Assembly (NCBI GenBank): GCA_012295275.1
Contig: CM022665.1
Span: 33,914,001 to 33,978,000 of the forward strand
From: Chrysomallon squamiferum
Lineage: Eukaryota; Animalia; Mollusca
Direction: 5' to 3'
Length of the DNA stretch: 64,000 nt
The notes beneath the pieces are model-generated. The model saw nothing but the letters and a program-made list of their open reading frames with translations. It did no database searches and was not told the origin of the DNA. The position numbers and the translations under genes were made by a program. Positions 11,901 to 26,302 of this stretch are shown piece by piece; position 1 is the stretch's first letter, and each line of letters opens with the position of its first letter.

Positions 11901-14771
11901 AGTAATTTGTAACAATTATGTAAAAAAAAAAAAAACTTTAATGAAGAGCAAATTGAAGGTGTTTTTCTTTGGGGGACACACACACATACACATTTTAAAA
12001 AGGCTTTGAATTTTTTTTTTTTTTACCACCAAGTATTGATGATGATAATATTTGGGGAAAAAAGTAAGGTGTAATGCTTGTGCTTCTGTAACAAAGCACT
12101 ATTTCTGACTACTGACCTACATTTCAAATATGTGAAACTGAGCCATATTGAATTCTATCAGAATTTAATGTTATTTTCTGCATACCTAGCCCAAATGTAA
12201 AAAATGTAATTTTTAAAAATAGAAGAAAGAAATACAAAGAGAGATATAAAAAGGATTAATCTATATTTCTTAATGAAGTATCTGTCATCTACGTACTCTG
12301 TTCATGTCTGGAACAAGAGCAACAACAATTTTGCATATCTGATATTTGGAAACAAATATCCATTATAAGGGATACTTTGAACATGGTATATATGCAGATA
12401 GGTATCACACTATTTACAAAATTTATGTACCTGCTATACACATAATCAGTTAACCATAATTTACTTTTCCTCCCATTAAACTCACAATCAAAGTTAACAA
12501 GATAAATTATTGAAGCTGGTGCTAAAAAGTATACAAAGTCGTTATAAGTCAGAAAACTAGATAAACATCAAATTACTAACATTAATATCTTATGTTTATA
12601 AGAATGGAATTTCAAAGTGTCGAACTGCTGATTAGAAAAGAAGAAAGAAATCTCTCACCTTTTTAGTTGTTATGACATGAGAATTATTAGAAATCCTGTC
12701 CATGTGAAATAAGGTATAAGCAGTGAAATTGTATCCTGCACAACTCAGATATTGTTATATATTCAGCATATGTAATAATTAATTCCAATAAGTACTACAT
12801 AATTATTTTACAAAATTATTTACAAGATCTGAAATACTCCACAAAGTAAAACATGTACTGTTGGAAACAATGTATTATTCTTCTAGTACATGGTCTAGTA
12901 TGTTGCTGTGTCTAATTCAAACAATGTAATACCAGCTTCTTAAGTATCAAATCAAGTCAGGCCTGTAATCACAATTATGATATACCTATACAATAGATCT
13001 TTAATTCAAAGAAGGTTTCATGATTTACTTACTTAATAACTGTAATACTGGTTAACAATGGGCTGATTTTTTTTATCAGATTATGGCAATCCCAATGGAC
13101 CATTTAACTCAGCAATCCCTATCAACAATTTCTTTCTGAACTTCTTTACGAATAACAAACCATATCTCTATTCTGTATCTTCAGTATGTTCATTAGTTTA
13201 GAAGCAGAGCATATTTAAATTTACAGAAAAGAAAAAAAAAATCAGTCACTAAGTCAATAATTTACATGCTCCCACTGTTATTATTGACAAAACCATAATC
13301 TTAGACATCCAACAATACATTTTAATATGAATTTAATACCTGAAATTTTTTGCCTCTGTTTTATAAATGTATAAAAAAAATAAATAAAAATATTTTTAAC
13401 ATCATGATCTTGTAGTAATTTCTTTGTTCCATATACAGTCAGAAATACAATATTGATAAATTGCAAGGCCTTTAATTAGAATTACTCTTAACTGCATGTT
13501 TTAAGCATTCCGACCACTAAAATATGAAATCAATAATAACTTATATTGTGTGTGGGTGTGTGTGTGTACAGTGATTTTTACAGTTTCTATTTAAACAGCT
13601 GCACCTTTTTCCTATATACATTCTGTCTGTGACTAAGTAGAAAATCTACCCAGATGAACTAAAATATGTCTCTGATGAAAACCACAAACTTGGTAAAATA
13701 ACAATAATACTTAACAATGGGACAAGAATGTAGTGAATGTATATACAAGTACTTATAGCAATGTTGTATACTATTATGGTGGACCTATAAATAACTCTGA
13801 TTAGTGAGTACACTGTATACTTTAATTTTCCTGTTTGTTTACAAAGATCTACCTGTTGAAACAAGCCTGATCTCACTCCACAGTTTGATAACATCAGGTG
13901 ACACAATCATTATCATGTCAGTAAGTCTGTCCCACTTGTTTCAGTTAACACTCACAGCTACGTGATAGGAATTTATAATCATATAAATGTGGATGAGAAT
14001 TAAATGTATACCAAAACCAAGGTCATGATGTTTTTGTGTTTACCTAAATTCACACACTGAACTTTAAATTGTAGGTGTGATTTCAGCAACTGATGGCTTA
14101 TTAAATTACCATAAACCAAATTTCCTTTTCAGATGTGTCTTGAACATTGAATCTATATGTAATTAAGGTCCTAACCATGCCTATTTTATTCATATTAAAC
14201 TTTTAGAATGTTTGTTGGCAATGAGGGAGGGGTGTTGTTTTTTCTTCTTAGTCTTGAATAACAGGTACTATACAGTTCTGTGAAGTTAATTTCACTGTTA
14301 ACAGCATTTAAAAGTTGCCATTATAATTTTATTGTATTAGGTTAAGCCGCTCATTTTTGGAAGAAAACTGAATAACATTATTTCCGGCATTTACCAGATG
14401 TAATGTTTAAATTTTGTTTCATTTGTTTTTTGTCATTGTTGGTGTTTTTTTTGTTTTTTCAAATCATCTTAAAAGATGAGCATTGAATGATTTTACAAGA
14501 TGCATATTATAGACAAAAATAGAATTTAGAGCACAAAGAAATTTTGTTTTTCAAAAGCATCACCTTTTATCATGCATTATTTTATACCTATGTCACCGAT
14601 ATATTTATTACAAAACCTCTATGTATATTCTGTCAGTTGACTTTCATCACATTTTCAATTCCTACATCATATTGGAAAAGGTCCAATTTTAAAAAAATAA
14701 AATAAAATAGGTTCTGTTGTCCACAGTAATAATTTAACCTCTACAGTATCATTTATTTAATATATATATGC

Positions 14772-14854
<83 letters not shown>

Positions 14855-16324
14855 TTCTATAACTGTCATCTAATCTTTAATTTAAAAAAATCCTGAACAA
14901 TACATTTTGTTTTCCTTCCTTTCATTTATTTTCTTTTTCTTTTCTTAAAAATTATAATAAATATAAAGTTTTACTGTTCATAACATTAGTTAATTAAATG
15001 ATAAAACTACATGTACATAATTATAGTTCAGTGTGCTGGTTTTTGTCTAGTTCTCTGTAACATATCATTACACACAGCAATACAAGAATAGACTGTAACA
15101 TATGTACAACTTCAGCAGTTACTTCCTCTTCATTCCACAGGTATGCCAACTATTTCACACAATATTTTGCCACCACTTATTAAATGTGAAACTGAAACAT
15201 GACTTTTCAAGCAAGCATACTGAAAGAACATAATCTAGGACTCTGTGTTGTATACTCACTAAGCTGTATTAAAAACAAACATCTTCTGTTAAGGTATAGG
15301 CTGTTGCCATTTTTGGTCATGGTAGTAAGGTAACACACACAGTGGCATTGCATGTAGATACACTCTAGCTTATGAACAATGTATGAAATGAAAATGGATA
15401 TCAGATCTCTTACACTTTTCTTTATGATATGCAATGCAAACTCATGAATTGTTAATATAAAGATTTTAAAGTGGATAATATGTGGATAATGTGTGGATAA
15501 TGTGTACTGTGCAAGTTTAGAGATACATATTTCATTTACCCAGTATAAAAACTTCATATCAAGCAGAATTAGGTAACATATAAAATACAATCAAGATGTA
15601 GCATTTTGATAAAAATTTAAAAGATTAAATATTAAAAACTATTAAAATAAATACTAAATTTATTAATATTTTTCAAGGTCATAGTATATACTTGCATATT
15701 TGTACAAATGTGTTGTAAAATCCAAACTGACTATGCCTGCTATAAAATCTTAAAGATAAATAAAGGCATAAATAAAAAAAAAAAAAAAAAATTTAAAGAA
15801 TTTCAAAATTAGCATAAATAGCAACTTTCTTTAAAATTTTAGAACCTAAAAAGTTCAGATAAATAAATTAATATTTATTTCTGGCACATCTAAATACATG
15901 TTGCATAATTAGCAATATTTTGACATGACAGAGGGTATTTATTTCCATTCATTCCCCTATTTTATCGGACAGCGAAACGCCCCGCCTCTTTTGATACCTC
16001 ATCCATATTTGGCATGCAATCAACACCACTCTTCCAAAGAACATGGCGGCCACCACGAAAAATGAACAACCTCGTGTTACTGTCAACAAATTAATCATGT
16101 AAATCAAGTAATGTGAAAGGACAGTTTGCGAAAAATTTCAATTTAAATTTGTAGTACTGATCACTCGTCCGGTTCTTGTCCCAAAAAATGATGTCAGTCT
16201 TTCACAGGAGTCATATCTGAAATAATATACTGACCTTTTTTTGCTGCTTTTCCCAAGCCGGGTCGAGTAAGCCTTCTCTATCCCATTCTTCTTCTTCTTC
16301 CATATATCCGTCGTAATCTTCCAT
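6677..16324 (-). CDS. ACTN: Alpha-actinin, 5' part (coding exons 1-2; gene continues beyond window start)
   Basis: join(16324-16235, 6911-6677) gives [30 protein letters not shown]|[14 protein letters not shown]...[11 protein letters not shown], the alpha-actinin N-terminus and CH1 domain; GT/AG boundaries in phase. Confidence 0.97.
14761..14851. repeat. (TA)n microsatellite
   Basis: Long TA dinucleotide run with a short interruption. Confidence 0.95.
15960..16060. promoter_or_regulatory. Intron-1 promoter-proximal module of alpha-actinin (GC box, CArG box, YY1-like site)
   Basis: GCCCCGCCTC at ~15979-15988, perfect CArG CCATATTTGG at 16003-16012, ACATGGCGGC at 16041-16050, in a CpG-retaining patch. 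Confidence 0.5.
16235..16324 (-). CDS. ACTN: Alpha-actinin coding exon 1
   Basis: [30 protein letters not shown], 90 nt, donor AAG|GTCAGT, phase 0. Confidence 0.95.
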
Positions 16325-16560
16325 GTTCTTGGGTATTTCTCTCCTCACTACTCAAACCCGGCTTTTCAGCAAGTGAAATATATGTAAGCCGTAATTTTGA
16401 AGTTTGTAAAACTACTGAAGCAGGTAAAAATCTTTCCGGGACGATCACCGCCCGCCAGCCGAGAAACGTCACGTGACAAATGTATCACCGGAAGCAAATG
16501 CCTGGCACTTTCGTCAGAGTTCCGTGTCAAAGGTCTTGCCAGCAGGGGGTGTGTCTGATG
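16325..16560 (-). promoter_or_regulatory. Alpha-actinin 5' UTR/promoter (CpG-rich)
   Basis: CpG-rich relative to flanks; palindromic E-box GTCACGTGAC at 16468-16477; ETS-like ACCGGAAG at 16487-16494; directly upstream of the ATG at 16324. Confidence 0.6.
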
Positions 16561-19500
16561 GAAAATGAGGTGGTACCTTATATACACACAAAATTGATTC
16601 AGTATTATATTTACATAAATGTAACAAGTGAAAAGATAATATCAAATATATCCCTACAAGAAAAATATATAACTTTTGAAAACATACTGAGGCCTATATC
16701 TAAAATTATTTAGTCGTACATTGTGTTTGTATTTCGTTGTAGTAGTCCTGTCAATCCTTTTTTTTTTTTTTTTTTTTTTAAGTAGGCGTGGCGATATGTC
16801 TTACAAGCATTTATCATATTATTTTAAATTTAACGCGCGCAGTTTATATAATATAATATTTTAAATCCACGAAAGAAATAATACGAACAACCTAGATTTA
16901 AGAAAAGAGGGGCGGATTCAACTTAACAAATGAAACAAGTTTCATTATGAAGAAAGAAAAAAAAATCGGTCAAGAAAACACATGCATGACTAATATATCT
17001 ATACATGATTTCCATATTTCGTTATATTATTTATAAACTGATCGTAATTTTGTGACAAATTTAAAATGATATTTTATAAATGCTGAAATACATCATTCAG
17101 TTATACTTATAGTTTACGTAATATCATCATCGTTATCATCATCATCATCATCATCATTATTATTATTATGAAAGGGAGGAGAAGCAGAATATAAAATGTT
17201 AAGATGCATATTTCAAATATACCACATACATGCTGAATTATCACAAATACCCTAAGGCTTTAATGTGTTACTGTATTGTGATCTGCATAAAAAAGGTGAT
17301 GTTAGGGTTTCCGAGGCAACCATTAAGGTGGCTTTATAATGCCCAAGGCACCACAAGTTATTGGTTTAATTACATTTATTTCCAGGAAATGTTGATGGTA
17401 ATAATGTTGTGATGCTTGCTGTTTTATCAGAACTTATGATCTTAAAGATACCTATGAAAGAAAGAGAGGATGCTGAGAGAAGACAGAGGTTGAGGATACA
17501 CTAATATTTTGAACGCCTCTCTAAATATTCTTTGCTTCATTCATTATCTACTTATATTTTATTAACTTATTGTTATTATTATTTATTTTGATTAATTTGT
17601 ATTATTATTATTATTTTTTTTTTGCAAATTTATATATTAATAAAAGTTTGCTGAAACTGTAGAGCTGTTTGTTTATGTATCTGGAACAACTGGCAAACCT
17701 TGCACATTACATCTTTTTTTTTTTCTTTCTTTTTTCTTTTTTAGCTATTTGTAATCTGTCAGGGCTTAATTCACTAAACCGGTTTTCCATCAAGTCGTCT
17801 CTAATCTTTTTGTGATTGGCTGGTTTTTCGTAAAGCATCGTTTACACTGTCATCTCCGAGTGGTTGACCTGTCCTTAAGTAGACAGAGGGTGCATGGGCT
17901 AATGATATCTGACTACTCCTTTGAAAAACAAGCTTAGTGAAATCGATAAATTATTTTCTTTGGGAATGAAATATTTCATTAATATGGCTTCCTCTGAAAA
18001 TAAATTTAAGTTTTGCTTGTTGATAGAGTTGGAGTTATAGATGTTACTTCTGCCAAAGTTTGTGGTTTACCTTATAAATATGCAAATAAATATAAAATGA
18101 AAGAAAAAAATATATATAATAATGCCTATAATTCGGCCTGCTCTTTGCGTCATCATTTTGTTTTTTATGGAAAGTCAGTCTTGTGAAGATTATGGAACAG
18201 CACACGCGCACACACACATACACACTGTTCTAAATCTATAAGCCTACATTGTTTACTCACCTCCTCCAGGATATACGCATAGGTCTGCCCTTTGATATAC
18301 TGACACCCAAAACCTCTGGAATTATGACATAAATGTGTCAGAGAGAGATTTTTTTATAACTTCCTTACTGATGTATTGTTTAGTCAAACACAAAGGTCAG
18401 GCATAATGGCCAGTGGTCATTCTGAGAACGAAAGTAAATGTCTACTGAAGTGACCTCACATCTCGAACCTTCTGGACAACCAATCTTTAGTCTTTTGAAG
18501 TGAGTGTTGAAACCCATGATTAATTAATTGCTTTGGCTTCTGTATCACATCACAGTCTAATCTAATAACTGTACCCCAAACAATTATTTATACATAATAA
18601 AAAAAAGAATAAAAGAGCTATTGTCAGAATATCTGCATTCGGTTTTTCTGCCTGTGTTTCAATTTTATTACTACTATTAAAACATTAAATCATTAAACAC
18701 CATAATCTTTATCATTATTTTCTTGGTGTGTTGTTTTTGTTGTTGTTGTTGGTTAAGGCTACACAATAACGATCATGAAGTTTTGTATATTTATGTTCAC
18801 TGACTTTTTTTCTTCGATTTTTTTTTTATTTCATTTTATTCAGATTTTTTATTTTTTTTTTATTTTTACCAAAACAAAATATTAATATTACTATCTATGA
18901 ATAATACTTTCTGAATCAAAGGATCAGTATTGTGAACACTTTCCCATTTACTTAATTATTATTAATTCTCAAATTTATTTATTTATATTTTGAGTGAAAA
19001 TAAGGGAAAACAATAATCATTGAAAAGAAAGAAGAAAAAATCAGTTAAATAAACCATAAAATCTTTATCAAGTATTAAACAACATAATTTTCTTTAATTT
19101 TCAAACAAAATTTTTATAACTTTGAACATAAACCCAATATAATGTTTGCAACACTGCTTATTTCATTTCTTTTTGATTGTGGACAACAAAACAATGTTAA
19201 TTGTCAAAAAATGTATATATGATAACTTTTGTATGAAGTGGAATATACGTTACCTGAAATAACATGAAAGGAAACTGAATTATAATATTTTTTGTGCTTT
19301 ACATTTTACTGTATACTGCAAACAGATTTGACTATTATAATTTATCAATGAATTCAGCATTATATTAGGAAAACATGTTTGAAAATTATTGAGAACAAAT
19401 TAGTTTCATACTATGTGAAACTAATAATGTCATAATTTCTACTAACAGATGAAACAGATGAAATTATAGAGCAAAAAAAAATTAAGAAGTCAGGCAACAA

Positions 19501-22500
19501 AACACATATGATAGAAATCTGATGTTTATTAATATGATATATTGATAAGATATATTGACTGTTTATAACACATTGCTGTTATTTAAAATCGGATTTTAAT
19601 TTTAAAACATTATAACTGATTTTTCACGCAAAAATATGTTGGGGACATTTTAAAAAGTGGAATGGAAATGTCCTCCTCCCAATCATGCCAGTTATTATTA
19701 TTATTAGTTAATATGGCTAAAAACTGAAAATGACGATATCAGTTATCACCAATTCCAACATCAAATAAACTTTTTATATTCCCTTAACTATAAGATAATA
19801 AAGCTATAATGCTTAGCCTAAGGGTCTCACAGTTAGAGGGGGCCTCTGTGATTTTCCATTCAGTTATTATACAACATTCTCAGTACATGTCAAATAGTTC
19901 GTACTAAAATTTTCCAAACCCAGCCCTGCATTCACTGGATTTATTATAAAAATACATTTGTATGTGTGACTGACGGGCTTGGTCAAATATGACATATATG
20001 TTTATTATTTTTGTCTGTTTACATATTGCTGGTTTCCTTCCCAATACTGGTAGTGTGTTGTTAAATTAAACCAGTGAAAGATTTATTGGCCGGTAAGCTG
20101 ATAGTTTTACCTGTACAGGTGATTTTGAAAAAATGGGTAATCAGCCATGTACCAAGAAATCGCATATTACAGCATTACTTCAGATCAAATTATGCACTGA
20201 TGAATGTTTCCATTTTATTTTACTATGTTAGTTCAGTTAATTTCACATTGTGTATCAAAACAAAATTTAAGCACAATCACGTGAACATTAAAGACAGTTG
20301 ATAACGATTAAAATATAGTTGTTTTATTGCTTATACATATAAATTTATCTTCTGGCAGTTCATATGCATTGGTGATTCTGATTATGACTGTGGCTTAAAT
20401 TATTTTGGTGTTTTAATTTTATTGAGGTATCAGATTAATAAAATTTGGGCAGACTCGTATAAAGTAATGTATATGTCTCACAAAAATAAGACATAACATG
20501 CATAGTGTATGCATAATCAGATACCAGTAAGAATCTTATTACAATTCACATAATTATTAAAACAATGTAAAATAAAAATAAGATATTTATGATATGAAAT
20601 TACATGAACTACATTATTAAAAATGTAGGTACAATAAATCCATTAACAGCTGATCAATGAAGCACAATTTTATGGCTGTGCGCAATATCCTAAAAACCAG
20701 ATGAAAATGTGATATTTTTTTTTATTGTAAAAATATATATTCTAAACAACTGATTAAACAATACAAAAAAAAAATAAAAAAATCAGGGTAAATTTAATAT
20801 TTGGACATTTAAATGATTGACTTCATTTTTAAAATTGAAATGAAAAATAATTTTTCAAGAATGATTCAAGTCACTGTTCTTTGTTAAAGTAAAGCTATTG
20901 ACTACACTAGACAAAATTATAAATATTAATGTGAATCCACACTTAGCTGACTTGTTCAAGCATTTCCTATGCACTTTGATTTTGCCATTTGTTTGTAAGT
21001 TCAAGGTTACCATCAAAAGCTAGAAGCAGAAATACTGCACTACTAAACATTGCAGATGACTGATATTAGAACAGCTGTAGTGTATCACTATTCTGTATTG
21101 TTTGGTGTCAGCATCAGCACTTAGTAATAGCTTGTTGATTTTTTTTGGGGGGGGGGTTTCCATGTAGTTTGAAAGTGTAAAAAAATTAATATACTGGAAT
21201 GAGATAACTTAAATTACTTTTTAAAAACTTGTTTACTTTATTTATTTTTATGAACCATGTCAAAATGAATTATTTAGGTGGTTTTCATTTTTGTCTACTT
21301 TTTTAAAAGCACAATTTAAGTTCCTTGTGCATATGTTAGAATGGAAATATTTATTTAAAAAATAACAGTGTGATGCATTATTTTGTCAAACATTCAAAGC
21401 ATTTCCTTAATAAACCCTGAGCTTTTATTACTAAAAAATAACTTTTAGATGTCACATACATAGCATAAACAAAAACATTTCATAAGATACACACACTTAA
21501 TTTACATGGATAGACAATATAAAAACTTGAAAATTAATGTTGCTATTTCAACCAAGGACTTTTCTCACTAAGGGATATTTATTTCAAATATTCCAAATGA
21601 CAAGACAGCATACTTATTTAGTAAACCTCTCCTTGAGCAATGATAACTATGAACAAACAACTAGTGTATTTTATGTGACAGCAATACCAAAGAGTTTCAT
21701 CTCATACTTGCAATGTCAAAATTAAATATTTACATTTATTTAGTTAAAGCCAAAAATAGAAAATACTTAGGAAAAAATTAACAAAACCAAACAAAACACT
21801 CAAGAATAAAAAAAATTATTTTATTTTTTATTTTTATAGAATTAGTAATCTTCATCTTCACTCTATTTTTTACAATACAGATTTTGTGTTTTAATTTAAT
21901 GGCTCTGTTATATTTTAATCTGTTAAACCTATCTTGCATTATATGTTCAATGTTATACAAGTTCTAATGTAACTAGCCATTAATGTGTTATGTAAAATAA
22001 TGAATTAACAGAAAATACAAAAAATTACTCTGTGTAAAAGCACTTTTGTAAGTGAAAGAAAATAAACAAAAATAGAATATGTAACAGCACTGTCACATAC
22101 ATTTCTCACTGCTGCAGCAATAACTATTACCTGAGATGAAAGTATTAAAAGAAAATAAACAAAACTAAGTATATAAAAAGGAATTATTTTTAATGTGTAC
22201 TTCCTATTAATATGGTCCAACTGTATCTACAAATAATGAATAAAGGTGAACCATCTGCTGACTGATTGGAACACATGTACTCAGTAACATTCTGACCTCC
22301 AGCAAGAATAAACACATAAAACTGGTCCTTTTTCATTGTTTAGTTTGCAAAATAATCCTATCATATTAAATAAAAATAATAAAATGTAAAGTTAATCCAA
22401 ATGTAACATACCAAGATATTTCTATAACTGTTTTTGTTTTCTTTCTTTCTTTTAATTTTTTTAATTTTTTAAATACCATAAATTATCATAATAATTTAAG

Positions 22501-25500
22501 TTGTCATATCTTTTGTAACCCTTCATTTGACTGATTGTTTCACAACAAAAGATGAACATAAAAGTAACTACAATGGTGCACTGTAATAAATGATAAGGAT
22601 TTGAAATTTTGTGATAATTTTATGTCTACAAAAGCAGATTAAGGATACAAAATCTGTGATTTTTAAATTCAAATACAAATTTGAATTACAAAATTCTTGT
22701 CTCATGTACTTGTATTTTTAAGGCAAATGCCTTTGTCTGCTTTACTTCCTTCTTAAAGTATTGAAATTTATAGTTATCTGAATGTGTTAAAAAAAAAAAA
22801 AAAATTGAGAACAAAAAAGCAAAACTAAAAACCCACAATAACCATAAACTTAGATTATGGGAACAAAAAAGAAAAACAGATTAAGGAAACAATAGCATTC
22901 TCTTGTGCCCACAATTTTAATTCTGTTTTATAAATTGAGTAATTAACATGTTTCTTATACTCTTATAATCTGAGAAGACTTTTGTGTGTAAATGGCTAGC
23001 ATTATTCAACACCCTACTGTTATCAGTAACAAAACATCTTTATAATGTATGAATCATATCAAAAGAAAAGAAAAAAGGAGAGAAAAACAAATAACATGCT
23101 GCATTTTCTCAGCTTATTAAACTAAGAATCCATTTCAAATGATTAACTGATACAAGTGTGTATGTCTCAATGTGTATATTGTTTTCAGTGTCAGACAATC
23201 ATTTAAGAAAAGCAAACAAGCATTCCTTTCTTATAAGTCATGCAGTTGTAAATAACAACATAATATCTTCAAAACTTTCACAGTTTCATTGTACGAAACA
23301 ATGTATGCATTCCTTTTAAGTGACCTGGATCAAATATAGTATTATCATGTTTTATGTTTATTTTCAATTATCCTCAGTGTTTATTTTTTATTTTTTAGTA
23401 ATTTATTATTTTGTTCAAAAACTTCTGAGATATTGCTGTAGATTATAAATAAATATAATATAATCATAAAGATAACAGGTAACTTTAACATCTTTGTTTG
23501 TAATTTGGCTTTTTTAGTAAATCCACTTTCAATCACTGTTATAAATAAAACTAACACTCTTGAAATGTACATAGTGTCGTAAGCCTGTACTAACTTTGCA
23601 CTAATGTGTTGTAATATTACATCATCATAAAACAATGCACACACTACAGCTAATAGTCTGATTTTTTACTTCTACATGAGATCTAATGAAGACACCTATG
23701 TATTTTTTATCAGAATAAAAATAACAGAACCTCTGTTTTGTTAAGATTGAATAGAGTGCACAAAGAACTTTCAAAAAAACCACAATAGAGTTTTCACCAA
23801 CCTATATTTATTTATAATACAAATGCTATCATGTTAAAATCAACAGTCAGAATAATGCCATTGAAATCAGTAAACAACAGCTACCATATGCTGCATTTGG
23901 TATGGTCAGCAAAATGTGAAGATTTCCTTTGATCAGGTCCAGGGTTAGGTAATATTACCAGTGCAAGAGGATAACAAAACTTGACATGTTATGACACAAT
24001 CATCCCCAAAGGCTGACAACTGTTAACTGACAAGAATGTACCAAGCTGGTTTGGACAGTGTTAGTTGCAGTGGTATACATCTTCCATATATGAGTTCTTG
24101 CAGCAAATGTCTGGATTCCTGACTTCACATGGGAAGTACAACTATATATATCTCACACAACCACTTACATGTTTGCTGAGTAATGCAAAACAGACTGCTG
24201 CTGGCACTGTGTATTACTCAGATACTTGTACCTCAAACATGAAGGTAACTTAAGGCAAAATATATTTGAACTGATCAGACTTGCTGTAAACAGATTTTTT
24301 TTTGTTGTTTTTTAAATGCTAAAGGCTGCCTATTTTAATTAGGTATTTATTGAGAATAAAATTCGATATTTTTAATTCTGATCAGTTTTAAAATAAACAT
24401 TTTTTTCTTAATTCTTTTTTTTTAAAATAAATTCAAATAAAAGGATAAACATTTTAAAAATAATCTTCCCCCAACTCCTCTCAATATAAAAAACAAAATA
24501 CTGAGAAAACTTTATTTATCCTACATATATATATCATTTATTAGTACATCTGTTTCACATATTTTACCAGAATTCAAACTAATTGGCATAATAACAGACA
24601 AGATATTTTTTTTTCACACACCATAAAGACTCCCCACTATAAGTTACATTCAACATTTTCTGATCAGAATTAAAATATATATGGGAACTTTTACTTAAAC
24701 TCATAAAATTAAATAAAAATTATTTTAAATCTACCAAAAAAATTATGAAAACTTTATATTATGTTATCAAATCATATACTTAATAGTTAGAATAAGCAAT
24801 TTGCAAAAATGCATGAAATCCAAGGACTACTTTTGAAAGCTGAATAAAACTAATCGGTTTCTCTTTGGAATAAATTTGTTTTAGCATATTAAATGTTTTA
24901 CAACATTGTTTTAGTAACTGTATTTACATAACACCTTTTTCTTTTTTAAGCCAGGAAAAAGGCAAAATTAAAAAAATAAATTATTTTAAAAAGAGATCAT
25001 TTATAATTTTAAAATTAAAATGATTTGATATTAGTTATTACATTTATAGTGTAAATTGGGTGTTTTAGAATATTTTGGATTTGAACAAGCTATAATACAT
25101 GAAAAGAGACATATTTTGATATTTCATTCATAACAATTTATTTTCCTGCCAATTATTTACTGCACAATAAAACATTTATTTGAATACCCTGGGTATTTTA
25201 ATTTTTAATTTTAAATAATTAAAAAAATTAAAGTTTTCCTTCATTACTTGATAGCATTTTGACAGGCCTAATTATTTTTGGTTGACTATCAGCGATATAT
25301 AATATCCAAAATTAATTAGTTATTTAATTTAAATTACAAATTATTATTTTTCAAAAAAATCTTTGTTTTAACATTTGGATTCAAAACAATTCAAGGGAAG
25401 TAAATGTTTATTTTCACTAAGTTTGTCACTTAAAATTATAAACTGATAATAATTATATCAGTCTGAAAAACAATATGGAGCCATTTAAAAGTAAAATTAC

Positions 25501-26194
25501 TTTTAAATAACTATTGTCTATATATTACTGTACTGTGATAAATATTTCAATCAGAATAATAATTAACAACAATTAATGCAATCATTAAATTATGTGGAAT
25601 TTCCAATTTTCCACAAGTACTCTGTCACAGTCAGCTAAAAAACAGTTAAATACAGGATGTTTCCTGCACATTTTGCACACTGAAAATAATTTTCAATAAT
25701 TATTTATTGGTATATTATTACTGACATAAAAAAAAAAACATAAAAAATAAATGTTTTCCAGATTTAATGAGCATGAGGTAAAGACATTAGTTTTGTTACA
25801 AAAGATATAAATCAAGCACTAATAAAATATTAATTTAACTTCTTACTACATCATTTTTAAAATCAGCATAATGCCAGTTAGCCAGTTTCTGTCAGTTATA
25901 AAATAAAAAAAATAAAAAATAAAAAAATAATAATAATAATAAATTTAACAAGAAAAAAAATTCACAGAATTTCAGTTCTTGTTCAAAACTTGTTATTAAT
26001 AATTTTTCTGTTACATCCTCAAATGAAGTAAAATTACCTTACCAGTAAAACCTTTATAACTAATATTACAGATTAATTCATGGTTGGTAAATAAAGTCAA
26101 CAGTCCACAGTGTTAAACATAATACACATCATTTGCTTCCTTCTGAACCAGTCAAAATGAAGCCCAATGAGAAATAGAATTCAGTTTCTCTCTG

Positions 26195-26302
26195 CTATAA
26201 CGGTGCTTTTGAGTCAGTTGCTGCAGTTGAATCAGTTTTATTTTTATTCTTCTTCTTTGCTTCCTGTCTTTCCAAGTCAAGATAAACACCTTGTCGCAAG
26301 TT
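26195..26302 (-). CDS. PET117: PET117 coding exon 2
   Basis: Acceptor TTTTTTAG|AAC; LRQGVYLDLERQ motif; in-frame TAG at 26197-26195 (see frameshift finding). Confidence 0.85.
   Translation of the reverse strand, partial: NLRQGVYLDLERQEAKKKNKNKTDSTAATDSKAPL

Noticed and set aside
24360-24685. ~20-bp inverted repeat (ATATTTTAATTCTGATCAG), possible old MITE
   Set aside because: AT-rich, no clear TSD or termini
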